A stretch of 64,000 nt of DNA, from NCBI GenBank assembly GCA_951406725.2, contig OX597819.1, forward strand, positions 81,468,001 to 81,532,000. The letters are read 5' to 3'. Origin of the DNA: Octopus vulgaris. Lineage: Eukaryota. Position numbers and translations under genes: made by a program. The notes beneath the pieces were generated by a model. The model had not been told where the DNA came from. It saw only the letters and a program-made list of their open reading frames with translations, and ran no database searches. Positions 41,038 through 52,426 of this stretch are shown in pieces. The stretch's first letter is position 1, and the number at the start of each line of letters is the position of its first letter.

Positions 41038-41040
<3 letters not shown>
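40535..41040 (+). mobile_element. Young, CpG-rich RTE T1 tail with internal tandem array
   Basis: CpG retained; about four 62-65 bp units, then the canonical tail and (GAT)n. Confidence 0.85.
40602..40866 (+). repeat. Tandem array, 62-65 bp unit, about 4.2 copies
   Basis: Unit starts at 40602, 40667, 40731, 40793 and 40856; core caccatccgatcgtggccgttcgccagcctcatctggcacctgtgtcg. Confidence 0.9.
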
Positions 41041-41080
<40 letters not shown>

Positions 41081-41815
41081 TACACAATGAAATCTTTTCA
41101 GTCTCCAGCTACCAAATCTACTCACAAGGCTGTCAGCCTGAAGCTGTTATTAGAAGACGATTGCCCAAGGTACCACACAGTGGGACAGAACATGAAATCA
41201 TGTTCTTGAGAAGCAAACCTCTTACCACACACCTACATCTGAGCCTGAAAATTTTTTTCTCAGTTATGACCATCTTCTCATTTAATTGTTGTTTAATCCC
41301 AGATCAGCACTGGTCAAGCAGACCTATTAATCAAGGCTCAAGGCATTCCAAACACGATCTTCTCATTTTTTTTTCCAGTCATTGTGTATGTAGATTTACA
41401 TTATCCATCTTGCCCCATTTTATATTAAGACAGTACATTGTGAATGTTTATTGAGGTGTATTTTTGCATTCCAAGCAAAATCTCTGACTGAATACCAACC
41501 AATGTTACCACACATCAATTCCATCATAAGTGTAACATAGTTTACAAGGAAGCATACCATGTTATCCTGCGTCAGTGATAAACAAGGATAGATGTATTCT
41601 ACTTTTGTTTGTTTTCACCGGACAAATATACTCTTTTCTTCTTTCAATTGATTTTGTATGAAATGGTCAGGACATGTAATTTTTTTTAATCATTATCAAA
41701 GAATTTTCTTTGTGTATCTATTTTCATCTGATATTTAGCTAACTTTGATTTTATAAAATAATATTATTATGGTTCCAAAATTATAAATTCTGCTATTTTT
41801 CCTTTTATATTGCAG

Positions 41816-41848
41816 GTCACAATGGGAACGGTATTCTTCTCTACATAG
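41816..41848 (+). CDS. Candidate 33-nt symmetric exon (phase 1: GHNGNGILLYI; phase 2: SQWERYSSLH)
   Basis: Very strong acceptor ctatttttccttttatattgcag and donor AG|gtaagg in unique sequence; phase 0 ends in TAG. Confidence 0.45.
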   Translation, partial: VTMGTVFFST

Positions 41849-42127
41849 GTAAGGATTTTAGTTATTCTTTGTACATTTCTTTACTAGTATCATGATACTC
41901 CAATGAAGCTTTGTCAAATTTACCAAAGAACAGCTCTATAATTTAAAACTAAATAAATGATCTTTAACTTCAATGTATACAAGTATTAATTTCTATAAAC
42001 CACATATTACATATGATTGTTCTCATAGTTGTTGATGTTGTTGCTGCTGTTGTTGATTAAGCAGTCTTATGGCATGCATGTTGTCAGCTGCAAAACTAAG
42101 TGCAATTAATTCATTGTTTTAGTGTGC

Positions 42128-42580
42128 CTGTGTGGTTAAGAAATTCACTTTGGGACCATGAAATTTCAGGTTCATTTTCACTGGATGGTATCTTCAGCGA
42201 GTATCATCCTCTATAGCCCTGATCTAAACTATATCTGATGAGTGAATTTTTTAGACAGAAACAGTGAAGAAGCTCATTGTGTGTAAGTGTGTGTGTGTGC
42301 GCGTTTGTGTTCATGTGAGTGAGTGTGTGTATGTGTGTGTATGTGTATGTGTGTGTGTGAGAGTGAGTGTGCATGTGAGTAAGTGTTTGTGCATGTCTGT
42401 GTTTTTTTCAGACTACTTGGCCACACGGACCTTTTTTTTTTTTTACATATCTATAATTGAACAGTTCAGTAAACAAAACCAATAGAATAAGTACAGGGGC
42501 CAATTTGATCACTTAACCTGTCAAGGCAATGCTCCAGTATGGCCATAGTCTGATAACTGAAACAAGTAAAAGAATAAAAG
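42128..42580 (+). mobile_element. SINE family A (decayed)
   Basis: Head gtgcctgtgtggttaagaa..., (TG)n core, tail ctgaaacaagtaaaagaataaaag. Confidence 0.7.
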
Positions 42581-42678
42581 CATATGATACAAAACTGAGA
42601 GCTACATTACATACTCCAAACAAATTGTCATGAATCATACAGAGGGCAATATGGATATATATATATATATATATATAT

Positions 42679-42818
42679 ATCATGAAGTATATTTGCCACT
42701 TAAATGTGGCTAACCCTTAAGGGTGGATGCTACTGTAGCTTGTAGCCCCAGGAGGACACTACAGTAGCATCCACCCTTAAGGATTAGCCACATTTAAGTG
42801 GCAAATATACTTCATGAT
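42679..42818. repeat. Near-perfect hairpin: 60-bp arms, 1 mismatch, 20-nt loop
   Basis: 42679-42738 is the reverse complement of 42759-42818 except at one position. Confidence 0.95.
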
Positions 42819-42887
42819 GTCATGCACCTACTGTTTATACCTTGTTCAGAGATTTATTACATATATATATATAAATGTATGTATGTA

Positions 42888-43110
42888 TCATCATCATCGT
42901 TTAACGTCCGTTCTCCATGCTAGCATGGGTTGGACGGTTCGACTGGGGATCTGGGAAACCAGAAAGCTGCACCAGTGTTTCTACAGCTGGATGCCCTTCG
43001 TAACGCCAACCACTCCATGAGTGTAGTGGGTGCTTTTTACGTGCCACCGGCACAGGTGCTATGCGAGGCTGGCAACGGCCACGATCGGATTGGTGCTTTT
43101 TATGTACCAT
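42888..43110 (-). mobile_element. RTE T1 tail carrying one 62-bp unit
   Basis: catcatcgtttaacgtccg...ggatgcccttcgtaacgccaaccactc...gctggcaacggccacgatcgga. Confidence 0.85.
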
Positions 43111-43669
43111 GTATGTATATACGTATATGTGACTGATTTTCTGTTTTCTCTGCCTTTTTGCGACTAGATGCTTAGCATACTGGACAACTTTTTCTCCTCT
43201 CTTACTAATTCTGTTTTTATATCCATTTGAAGATTTCTTCCAGGCCTTAATCCATCATAATTATATTTGGCTGTAAGGCGTTATTTATTGTCTTTGTCTA
43301 TCATTTCAAATTACATTTGTTTACTTTCATACATCCACCCTGTACTTTCATATGTCCACCCTGTATTGTTTTGTTTGCTCGAGCCCTAATTCTATGCAAA
43401 CCTTGCAGGTGCCACTGATAAGCCACATATTTCATATGTATATGCTGTACATTAGCTCATTCCCTCCATCAAATTGACGTTGCCTGAACAGGTGCACAAT
43501 GTACCACATGTTAGCTGTTGAAGTGATTGCAAAGCAACATAAGATGATGTGCTTTGTTCAAGAACACAATTCACCACCAGGTCTAGAAACTGAAACCACA
43601 ATCTTGTGATCACAAATGTAACATCCTAATCGCTTGACCATATGTATTTGTATATATATATATATATAT

Positions 43670-44039
43670 ACAAGCCAAACGCCCCCTGTCCAATGGATGG
43701 TGCTGAGTTGTCAAACATTTAAACTAAATTTTCTCAAAACAACTTGTCCGACTATCCCATAGGCCTCCCCTTTGAGAAACACTGATTAAACCTAAATTTG
43801 AGACGCCAGCAAAAGAAGAAATAAAGATAGACCTTTTTTCTATTCCAAAGAAAAACGATTTTCCATGGCTTTATCAATCGCATTCTCACCTAGAATCGAT
43901 TTTTGTAATTCTTTCAAGACTTGTACACACCCTGATACCGTCGGTATCTACATATGAAATTGAGTGCAATCAGATGGAGGATGCCCGAGATCCTAGAAGC
44001 CACACACACTCAGAGACAGAACGGATTTTATATAAGAGA
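43670..44039 (-). mobile_element. Non-autonomous Helitron (Lep1-like layout), about 370 bp
   Basis: 5' TC..TTATATAAAATC, microsatellite, ggatctcgggcatcctccatc; 3' ccatccattggacagg hairpin then CTTGT abutting (AT)n; no TSD. Confidence 0.7.
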
Positions 44040-44260
44040 TAATTAGTTTTGATTAAAAAATAGTTGATACAATCACAATATTTAATCAAAGATTTATTAT
44101 CAAAGTTATTTAAAAAATTATTTAGAGAACAGAGTATCACAAACCATCAGGGGAGAAATTTTTGTATAGTGTGTATCGTGTGTATTTTGTGTGTAAGCAC
44201 TTTCATTGTTCAACTTTTCAAACATATATATTCTATGCATGTGTATATAACATAATATAT

Positions 44261-44310
<50 letters not shown>

Positions 44311-44473
44311 GTATGTATACCTACATGGACACTTACACACATGCATGCATGCACACACACACATATATCATGCATGTAAATGTTTTAGAAGCCAAATACA
44401 TACATATTCTACAAATATGAGTTTGTTGGTGTTTTTATGTATATGTATATATATTTATGAAAACATATGTGTA

Positions 44474-44507
<34 letters not shown>

Positions 44508-46131
44508 AGTGTGTGTGTGTGTGTGTGTTTGTATGTGTGTGTGTAACTTTTTCTCGTCTAAATAAAGCATCACACACCTACATCAACATGAAACGCGTCG
44601 CAAGATGAAAGTGTACGGAGACAATGTACAACGTGGAGATAAATGACAGCATATCAAGTGAGTAGTTCTTTCATCAAGGCATCAAATCATTAGAAATGGT
44701 TTGTTGGCTATAAAGTTTAATACTAAACTGTACATGATTTTATAGACTAGCTTAGCTTCTGTGAACTGCCATTGCATATAACAAGATAAGATGCTGATGA
44801 CAATCTTTCCATATTCTCTCAGCATGCAGGAAAAGATGTGGAGGTCAGATCTCCCTCAATAACAGTTTTTTTTGTTTTTCTTTTTTCATATTTGCTTATG
44901 ATTTTTTTTTGTTTTGTTTTAATTATGAATTGCTGTGATTGCTCTGTTACTTTTATGTGTTTGTTTTTGCTTTGTGTTCTTGTTTAATACAACCATTCTT
45001 TCTCTTCTTTTCTCTCTCACCTTTCCTCTCTCTCTCTCTCTCTCTTTCTTGCTCTCATTCTCTCCCACTCTTTCTCCCTCATTCTGTGTGTGTGTGGGTG
45101 TAAGTGCATGTTTATAAATTCTAGGTCCTTTTGAAAGTGTTTTATGCTAATACATTGAAAACTTCTATTATAAACTATGGGTTTGAGGGAAAGTAAGAGA
45201 TAGGCTTTGAGATGAAAAAAAAAATATAGTTGATTTTTGCCTAGAAGAAGATAAGGCTATATGTGATGTGATATCTCCAACTAAACGATTTATGAAAGCA
45301 ATAGCTATTTGGACCAGTTTTATCAGTGTTAATAGCTATCATTGATCTTTGCCATCTAATAGAGCTAAATTGTTTGATTTGCCCAGTTTTCACAGCAAAG
45401 CAAATTGATGTAATATCCACTATATAACATGCTACATATGATTGAGGAATATTCTGAAGCTTTTTAAATTTCAGATAAACACTCAACATGCAAATGTTTA
45501 TTATAAGCATATTCAATTAATAATCAAAATTAGTAATTAATTGTGTGTGGTAGTGTTACTAAAGCTATTCAGTTAAGAATTGATATTGATATTAATATTA
45601 TTATTATTAAATAAACATACACAAACATATATAGTAATGAAAAATAGTCATAAATTATTTATGGTAATAGAAATTAATGAAAGTTTCTTTTCTGACATCA
45701 TTATTATCCATTCTAAAAGATAATGTGCAGAAATGGTATATTATACGACTTAAATATACAGCAGTCTATATTTCTATACTCTAGGTTCAAGCTCTACTTG
45801 GCTGACTTTGTCTCCTCTAGCCAGAGCTGTTGTAATTCTTATTTTTTTAGCCCTTGGTCAGCCCTGATCAAGCAGTCTTATAATCAAAATCATTCAACCA
45901 GAACCATCCAGTTTTTGACTTATATGCAGAATCTTAATTGTTTCAGTCAAACAATGGTTTGAAGTATTTAGTAAATCAAACTGACTACTGTATTTATTTT
46001 CAGTCTGGTACTTTTTTTAATTGATTTCTTTATCTTGAACAGTTAAGTTACAAGGATAAAATGAACCAACATCAGTTGCCAAGCATTGAGCGAAAAATAC
46101 AGAGAAACACCTACACACACACACACACATA

Positions 46132-46634
46132 CCGTAAATCCTTGAGTATAATCTGTATTTTTTTCCCAAAATTTAAAGGTCAAAATCGCTAGTGCGTATT
46201 ATATACGAGGTTAAAAATGAAAAATATCTTCTAAGCAATGTCCGAGTCTCTATTTGCTGTCTGGCAATTTTTATTCAGATGCATTTTGTGATGTCAGGCG
46301 GGAAAATTATCTTAAGCTAAGCCTGAAAGCAATGAAGTTATAAAAGAAACATCCATAACTTGCAGTAAGCAACACTTATTAAAATAAAAGTATTCAGAAC
46401 ACAGAATAACATGTAACAAAAACAATTTGCAAACATATTTACATTCCCATATAACAGTTAAGAACATCATTATTGTATTACGCATGTGCAGAAGTGTTTG
46501 TTTGACTAGATGCCACTGGCTTGATTACACACAACTCAAGTTAGTGAAGGGGTGTGTATTATACACAAGGTTTAGGTTTTTCAGAGGTACAGTCCCCTAA
46601 AAATCCCCTGTGTATTATACTCGAGGATTTATGG
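46132..46634. mobile_element. pogo/Tc2-like MITE (503 bp)
   Basis: TA-flanked TIRs CCGTAAATCCTTGAGTATAAT / ATTATACTCGAGGATTTATGG; subterminal gtgtattatac repeats. Confidence 0.8.
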
Positions 46635-47153
46635 TATGTATATATTGTCTAACATGTCCTTTTATTAGTCTTGGCTTAACCAATACATTTTTTTAAGTGA
46701 CATTTGAAAGATAGAAACTGTATAGAAGACTGTCTTGTGTATATATTCATTCATCCATCCATGTTATACTTGTTTTTCCATGTAAACATGAATTAGATGA
46801 ATATATTATTGAGACAAGAAAGGGGCAGATCCAGGAAAATGTGGGGCGAAGTGGTAAGAAAGGATCTTACAGAGGAGATGACAAAGGTCCATGACAATTG
46901 GTAATTTACTGTGCTTGAGAAGACCCATCCAGCTCTATAAACTGAGGTCACAATGGCATCTTGGTTATGTCCATACCCCTGTACACAATCTGTTCCTGAC
47001 AAACCTCAACCTCACAACCCATCTTCCTAACACCTCTCCCATTGATCTCCACCCCTAAGTTCATCATTTGTTGTATTCCCTTCCACTCTATCTCTCATTC
47101 ACCCATTGCATCCTCATGAACCTACCTATACCTCTCTCTCTCCTCTCTCTCTT

Positions 47154-47200
<47 letters not shown>

Positions 47201-47545
47201 AACCAGTACTTATACTTCTTCATGCTTGAAAAATGAATGGCAAAGTCAACTTTGGAGGAATTTGAACACAGAACATGATGTATCTGAAGAAATGTCACAA
47301 GGCATTTTGCCTGACACTAATGATTCTGCCAACTCACTACCTTAATTATCAGTAATGTATTACATAAAAAGTAACCTTCGAATGTTGAGCCTTGTAGAGG
47401 CAATGACAAGCGACCAAGACCTTTGGCAATATGCTGAGCTTGAGAAGGCTCATCAAGCCAAATGAAATACTGATGCCAGTAGCATGTAACTGGCACCAAT
47501 GCCGGTGGTACATAAAACGCACCCATTACACTCTTGGAATGGTTG

Positions 47546-47645
47546 NNNNNNNNNNNNNNNNNNNNNNNNNNNNNNNNNNNNNNNNNNNNNNNNNNNNNNN
47601 NNNNNNNNNNNNNNNNNNNNNNNNNNNNNNNNNNNNNNNNNNNNN
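47546..47645. other. Assembly gap (100 N)
   Basis: Run of N between a T1 tail and a SINE B fragment. Confidence 0.98.
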
Positions 47646-47889
47646 GTGTGTCTAATGGTAGTGAACTAGAAGAAACATTAAAGTGCCTGACAAATTGCCG
47701 AAGAATATGTGTCCCTCCGGTTTAGGTTTTGAGTTCAACTCATACCAGGATAGTTCTACTATTCATTCTTCCTGGATCTATAAAATAAAGTATCAAGGAA
47801 GTGTCTTTTACTATGGTCCCAGCTGAACAATGCTTTGTGAGAGAATTTGGTATATAGAAACAAACTGTGTGGGGGGCAAGCTTGTTCTT

Positions 47890-47925
<36 letters not shown>

Positions 47926-47934
47926 CATATATAT

Positions 47935-48131
47935 ACATGTATATAGTTAGCCACTACACACATTTTTTCCTCTCCTTGTTTCTCTCCTTGTTTTCTGTGT
48001 CGCTTTCTGTAGAAGAAAGAGCGTAGGCTCCAAACGTAAAAGACTTTCTATTCCTGAGCATTATACTAATACATCTGTTTGTTTTGTACACCACCTGTCT
48101 TTGTCTTTTGTTGTTTTTTTTCGTAAACTCT

Positions 48132-48146
<15 letters not shown>
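47935..48146 (+). mobile_element. Penelope-like terminal fragment with degenerate minimal hammerhead
   Basis: cttt-CTGTAGA-agaaa-gagc gtag gctc-CAAA-cg-TA-aaag at 48003-48042; ends at a (TA)n array. Confidence 0.55.
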
Positions 48147-48187
<41 letters not shown>

Positions 48188-48429
48188 TAAAAACCATGTA
48201 ATGTGCATTTAAGAGCTCTTATGTTTTTCTTGTTTGGCTACCACATGTTGTCCTACAGTAAGGTAATATTCCAGGGCTGGACATACATGTGGAACTTCTC
48301 TTTGCATAAGATCGGTACAAAGACAGAGGATAACAGGCTTTAATAGCAGATTACATTTATCTCTGCACCACACACCAGCTTTGAGTTGCTGAGTTTATAT
48401 TCATATACGTTATATTATCCTTATAGGCA

Positions 48430-49272
48430 CCAATATGACTGTGTGGTAAGAAGCTTGCTTTCCAGCCACATGGTTCTGGGTTCAGTCTCACTGTGTGGCA
48501 CCTTGGCAACTGTCTTCTATTATAGCCTTGGGTTGACCAAAGCCTTGTGAATGGATTTGATAGCCCGAAAATGAAAGAAGCCTATTGTATGTATGTGTGT
48601 GTGTGTGTGTATTTATGTGTCTGTGTGTGTATTTTTGTGTGTGTGTGTGTTTTTGTGTCTGTGTTTGTCCCCCTACTATTGTTTGTCGACTGATGTCGAC
48701 TGATGCTTAGAGCATCTAGGGACAGGGGTACCACAGAAATGATAATGGTTTACAGCACGAAAGAAATCCCTTTAAACTTGCTAAAATGATATTCGTAATG
48801 CCTTATCTCTAATAAGTATAGAAGCAGAAGTTTTATGTAAAATAAATTTTAACGATATCATCAAACATTTTGCAATTAATAAAAAAAACGAAGGACGAAA
48901 CTTTTCAAATATAAATGAAATGGAAGCATACAAAAATAAACATTATTTTCCATCCTACTGTGAATTTTCATTTTGAAAGATAAAAATTTATTTTATGGTT
49001 TATTATCATTTACATTTTGAATTATCTTTGCTTATATTTTGAACCATTTACATATACTTGAGGGCACCAAAACCTTTTAAGTGCTTAGGGCCTCTATGGT
49101 TCTTAATCCAGCCCTGCCTACAGTTGTTGATTTGTTTACATCACTGTAATTTAGCAGTTCAGCAAAGTGACCAATAGAGTATGTACCAGACTTAAAAATA
49201 TGTACTGGGGACAATCTGTTCAACTAACCTTTCAATATGGCTACAGTCAAATGATTTAAACAAATAAAAGAT
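48430..49272 (+). mobile_element. SINE family A interrupted by a hAT fragment
   Basis: Head at 48430-48590; tail resumes after 49117 (ttagcagttcagcaaag...aataaaagataa). Confidence 0.75.
48700..49116 (+). mobile_element. hAT (Tip100/ZMYM1-like) 3' fragment
   Basis: NALSLISIEAEVLCKINFNDIIKHFA resembles the hAT C-terminal dimerisation motif; ends in ttaatccagccctg (CAGGGCTGGATTAA-type TIR); left end missing. Confidence 0.65.
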
Positions 49273-49925
49273 AATCAAGATCTAAGGTGCAATCTCATCT
49301 TCCGGCTGCTGTCACATCTTGGACACTTCTTTGGGTGAAGGTGAGAGGTCAAGGAGATGACTGCATCAGTTTGTAAAAATTTAGGTATCTAAAATGCACT
49401 AGTGAAAAGTGTGATACATGCTCATATCAGACCCCTTGATTGAAGCAGTGGTCATACTATTATAACATAGGGGAATGAAGGCAGTGAGCTGACAAAATTG
49501 ACAGAGTATTGAAAATTGTTGTGTGATATTTCTTCTGACTATACTATACATTCAGAATTCAAATTCTGCTGAGGTTGACTTTGCCTTTCATGCTTTCAAA
49601 TTCGATAATTCAATAAAACAAGTACCAATTGAGAACTGGTGTTGATGTAATTGACAAGCCTCCTCCTGGAGGTACAGGGAAATATTATATTTTTTATCTT
49701 TTATTTGTTTCAGTCACTAGACTAATGCTATTCTGGGGTACCACCTTGAAGACTATTTAGTCAAATGAACTGAACCCAGTACGTTTTACTTTTTTAAGCT
49801 TGGTACTAATTTTTTTCTCTGTTGCCAAACTACAGATGTAAACACACCAACACTTGTCAAGTGGTGGTTGAGGATGAACACACACATTCACACACACACA
49901 CACGTTTATATATATATATATATAT

Positions 49926-50444
49926 ATATTATATAAAATTGGCCTGTCTGTCTGTCTGTGTGTCTTCTAGGATCTCGGGCATCCCCCATCCGATTGCGCT
50001 CAAATTTGATAATTAGATACTGATGGTATCAGGACATGTATAAGTCTTGAAAAAATTACAAAAATCGATTCCAGGAGAGAATGCAATCAATAAAGCCCTG
50101 GGAATGTGCATTTGTACGTGCAAGTACATCAGCTGTTGCGATCGATACTACGCGTACGCGACAAAAATGCACATGCAGTTTGCACAAAATGCAATATATT
50201 TAAGAAACCAAAAATGCAAGATACAAAAGAGATATTTTCTTCAAACTTGGCATGAAGGAAGGAAAGACTATTTGGTTTCTCAAGAAGTTTTCTTTTTGCC
50301 TTAACTTCATTTAATGAAACCAAAAATTTTATTGAAATAAAAGCATGTTTAATTATTTTTTAATGAAAAGAAAACATTGATTGCTTTTTATTCAGCAGAC
50401 ATGATTCAGCACTGTCCATTGGACGGGGGGGGCGTTTTGCTCAT
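49926..50444 (+). mobile_element. Non-autonomous Helitron, about 520 bp
   Basis: Same 5' block as 44039 and 61025; 3' ctgtccattggacgggggggcgttttgctcat; both ends in (TA)n. Confidence 0.7.
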
Positions 50445-50558
50445 ATATATACACATATATATATATAAATATATATATATATATGTATATATGTATATAT
50501 ATGTGTGTGACAACAAACTTACTTGGGAATGGGTACACAACGTTCAATTAAATAAATA

Positions 50559-50590
<32 letters not shown>

Positions 50591-50975
50591 GGTGGTTGTC
50601 TACTCCTTATGCAGAGTTTGACCACCTCCTAAACCGTGACCTTAAAACCATCATGACATCTGATGTGGTTTTTTAAGCCAGATAATGTTCTGAAAAGACA
50701 CCCACATACATTGCACATCCGATTTGAACCACCAAGAGCTGCAGATAAGTTCTGATCTTTGTGGATCTTAAAATGTCTTTTGGGACCTCCATTAATATTT
50801 GCAAACCTTCTGGCATACACTGCATTCAAAGGTTTACACAGATATATTGGCAGAATAGTTGGTGGAGGTTCATTTTCCATGGGTTCATAAATGAGATTTG
50901 AGCCCAGCAAAAGAAAGGCATGGTCTGTCACAAACTGAGCACACAAAAAGATCATTGTCATTCACCTTCTGGATC
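50591..50975 (-). mobile_element. Probable LINE 3' end encoding one intact and one decayed C2H2 zinc finger
   Basis: CNVCGCLFRTLSGLKNHIRCH, preceded by ...ARRFANINGGPKRHFKIH; short 3' UTR ending in (AT)n; no splice context. Confidence 0.5.
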
Positions 50976-51015
50976 GTAACATATATATATCATCATCATC
51001 ATCATCATCATCATC

Positions 51016-51090
<75 letters not shown>

Positions 51091-51166
51091 GATTTTTATA
51101 GAACTATCCCTGATGTTTCAGGAGTGTAGCCTCACCCCCTTAGATGTTTGGAGAACTCAGATGTTT

Positions 51167-51256
51167 TTTCGGCTGATGAGTATGGGTCACTTGTATTTGC
51201 TGCAATATTTGCAGCCTTAATAAAGCTGGTCTTTGTACGAAACAATTGTACCGAAA
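51167..51256 (+). ncRNA. Type I hammerhead ribozyme with extended helix II
   Basis: tttcgg / CTGATGA / G...C (51180:51238) / GAAA / C-AATT-G / TA / ccgaaa; all core nucleotides present; palindromic stem III ACAATTGT; predicted cut after A51250 (GUA). Confidence 0.65.
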
Positions 51257-51402
51257 TATTGATCCATTTTTGTTGCTTTTTTCTTGTTTATAATCACCCC
51301 GCATTATCTTATGTTTAATACCATATAGATTTCTGGTGCATCTAAGTTAAGTACCGCATTCATGTGAATTCAACAGAACTCACTTGAATCTTAATTGCTT
51401 TT

Positions 51403-51452
<50 letters not shown>

Positions 51453-51456
<4 letters not shown>

Positions 51457-51935
51457 ATCCAAACAAGAAAGCCCCAAAAAAACACAACAACGCGAGGACG
51501 TGGAACAAATAGAGTATTATTGGACGCTCAGGAAAGAAGGAGGGTTTAACATTTCGAGCAGAGCTCTTCGTTGGAAACATAGGAGAAGGAAAGATCCAGA
51601 GAAGGGAAGACAGAGGAAAAAAATCGCCAATGGGACACATGAGGTCACATTATATATACACATGCATATATGGGTACAGGACATTACCAATGGTGCAAAT
51701 AACATACACATGAGAGATAGATACAAGACGTGGACAGTAATTACAGGACAAAAACAAGTGAAAAACTTAAACAAATGGGGGAAAATGAGTGAAATACATA
51801 AACAATAAGAGAAAAATGGAAAACAGGACGAGTTAACACAGAAAAAGGACCCTTCATCAATTGTTGGCTGTCTATCAACTCCTCATTTTGAGCATTCAAA
51901 CAACAATGTGAGTCTTCAAAGACAGCAGCTCCCGG
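51453..51935 (-). mobile_element. Penelope-like terminal region with decayed minimal hammerhead
   Basis: Minus strand gttt-CCAACGA-a-gagc tct gctc-GAAA-tgtta-aac at 51578-51544; bounded by (TA)n on both sides. Confidence 0.55.
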
Positions 51936-52346
51936 AGCTATATTATATTTTATATATATGTATATATATATATATTCCAGCTACTCACTGATATAATACC
52001 TGGTAGCCGTGTATTTTCTCTTTAGCAAGACACCTGTGCTTATCCCTCTGTCAACCTTTAGCATATCAACACCTTGCATAAAGTTACTTCCCCTTCTTTT
52101 AAATACATTCCCACTTAGTCCCCAAGGTACTTGGTGACCCTCACAGGTGCAAGTGCCACAAAGAAAGCAAATTGTAGACATAGCAAAGTGGTTGGTATTA
52201 TGAATGATATTCAGTCATAGAAATCATGCCAAAACCAAAACTGGAGCTTGATGCAGTACTGCAGCTTGTTGGTTCCACTCAAACAATACAACCCATGACA
52301 GCATAGAAAATAGACATTAAATGATGATGACGATACACACACACAT

Positions 52347-52426
<80 letters not shown>

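Noticed and set aside
47546-47645. ORFs spanning the N run
   Set aside because: Artefacts of the placeholder gap
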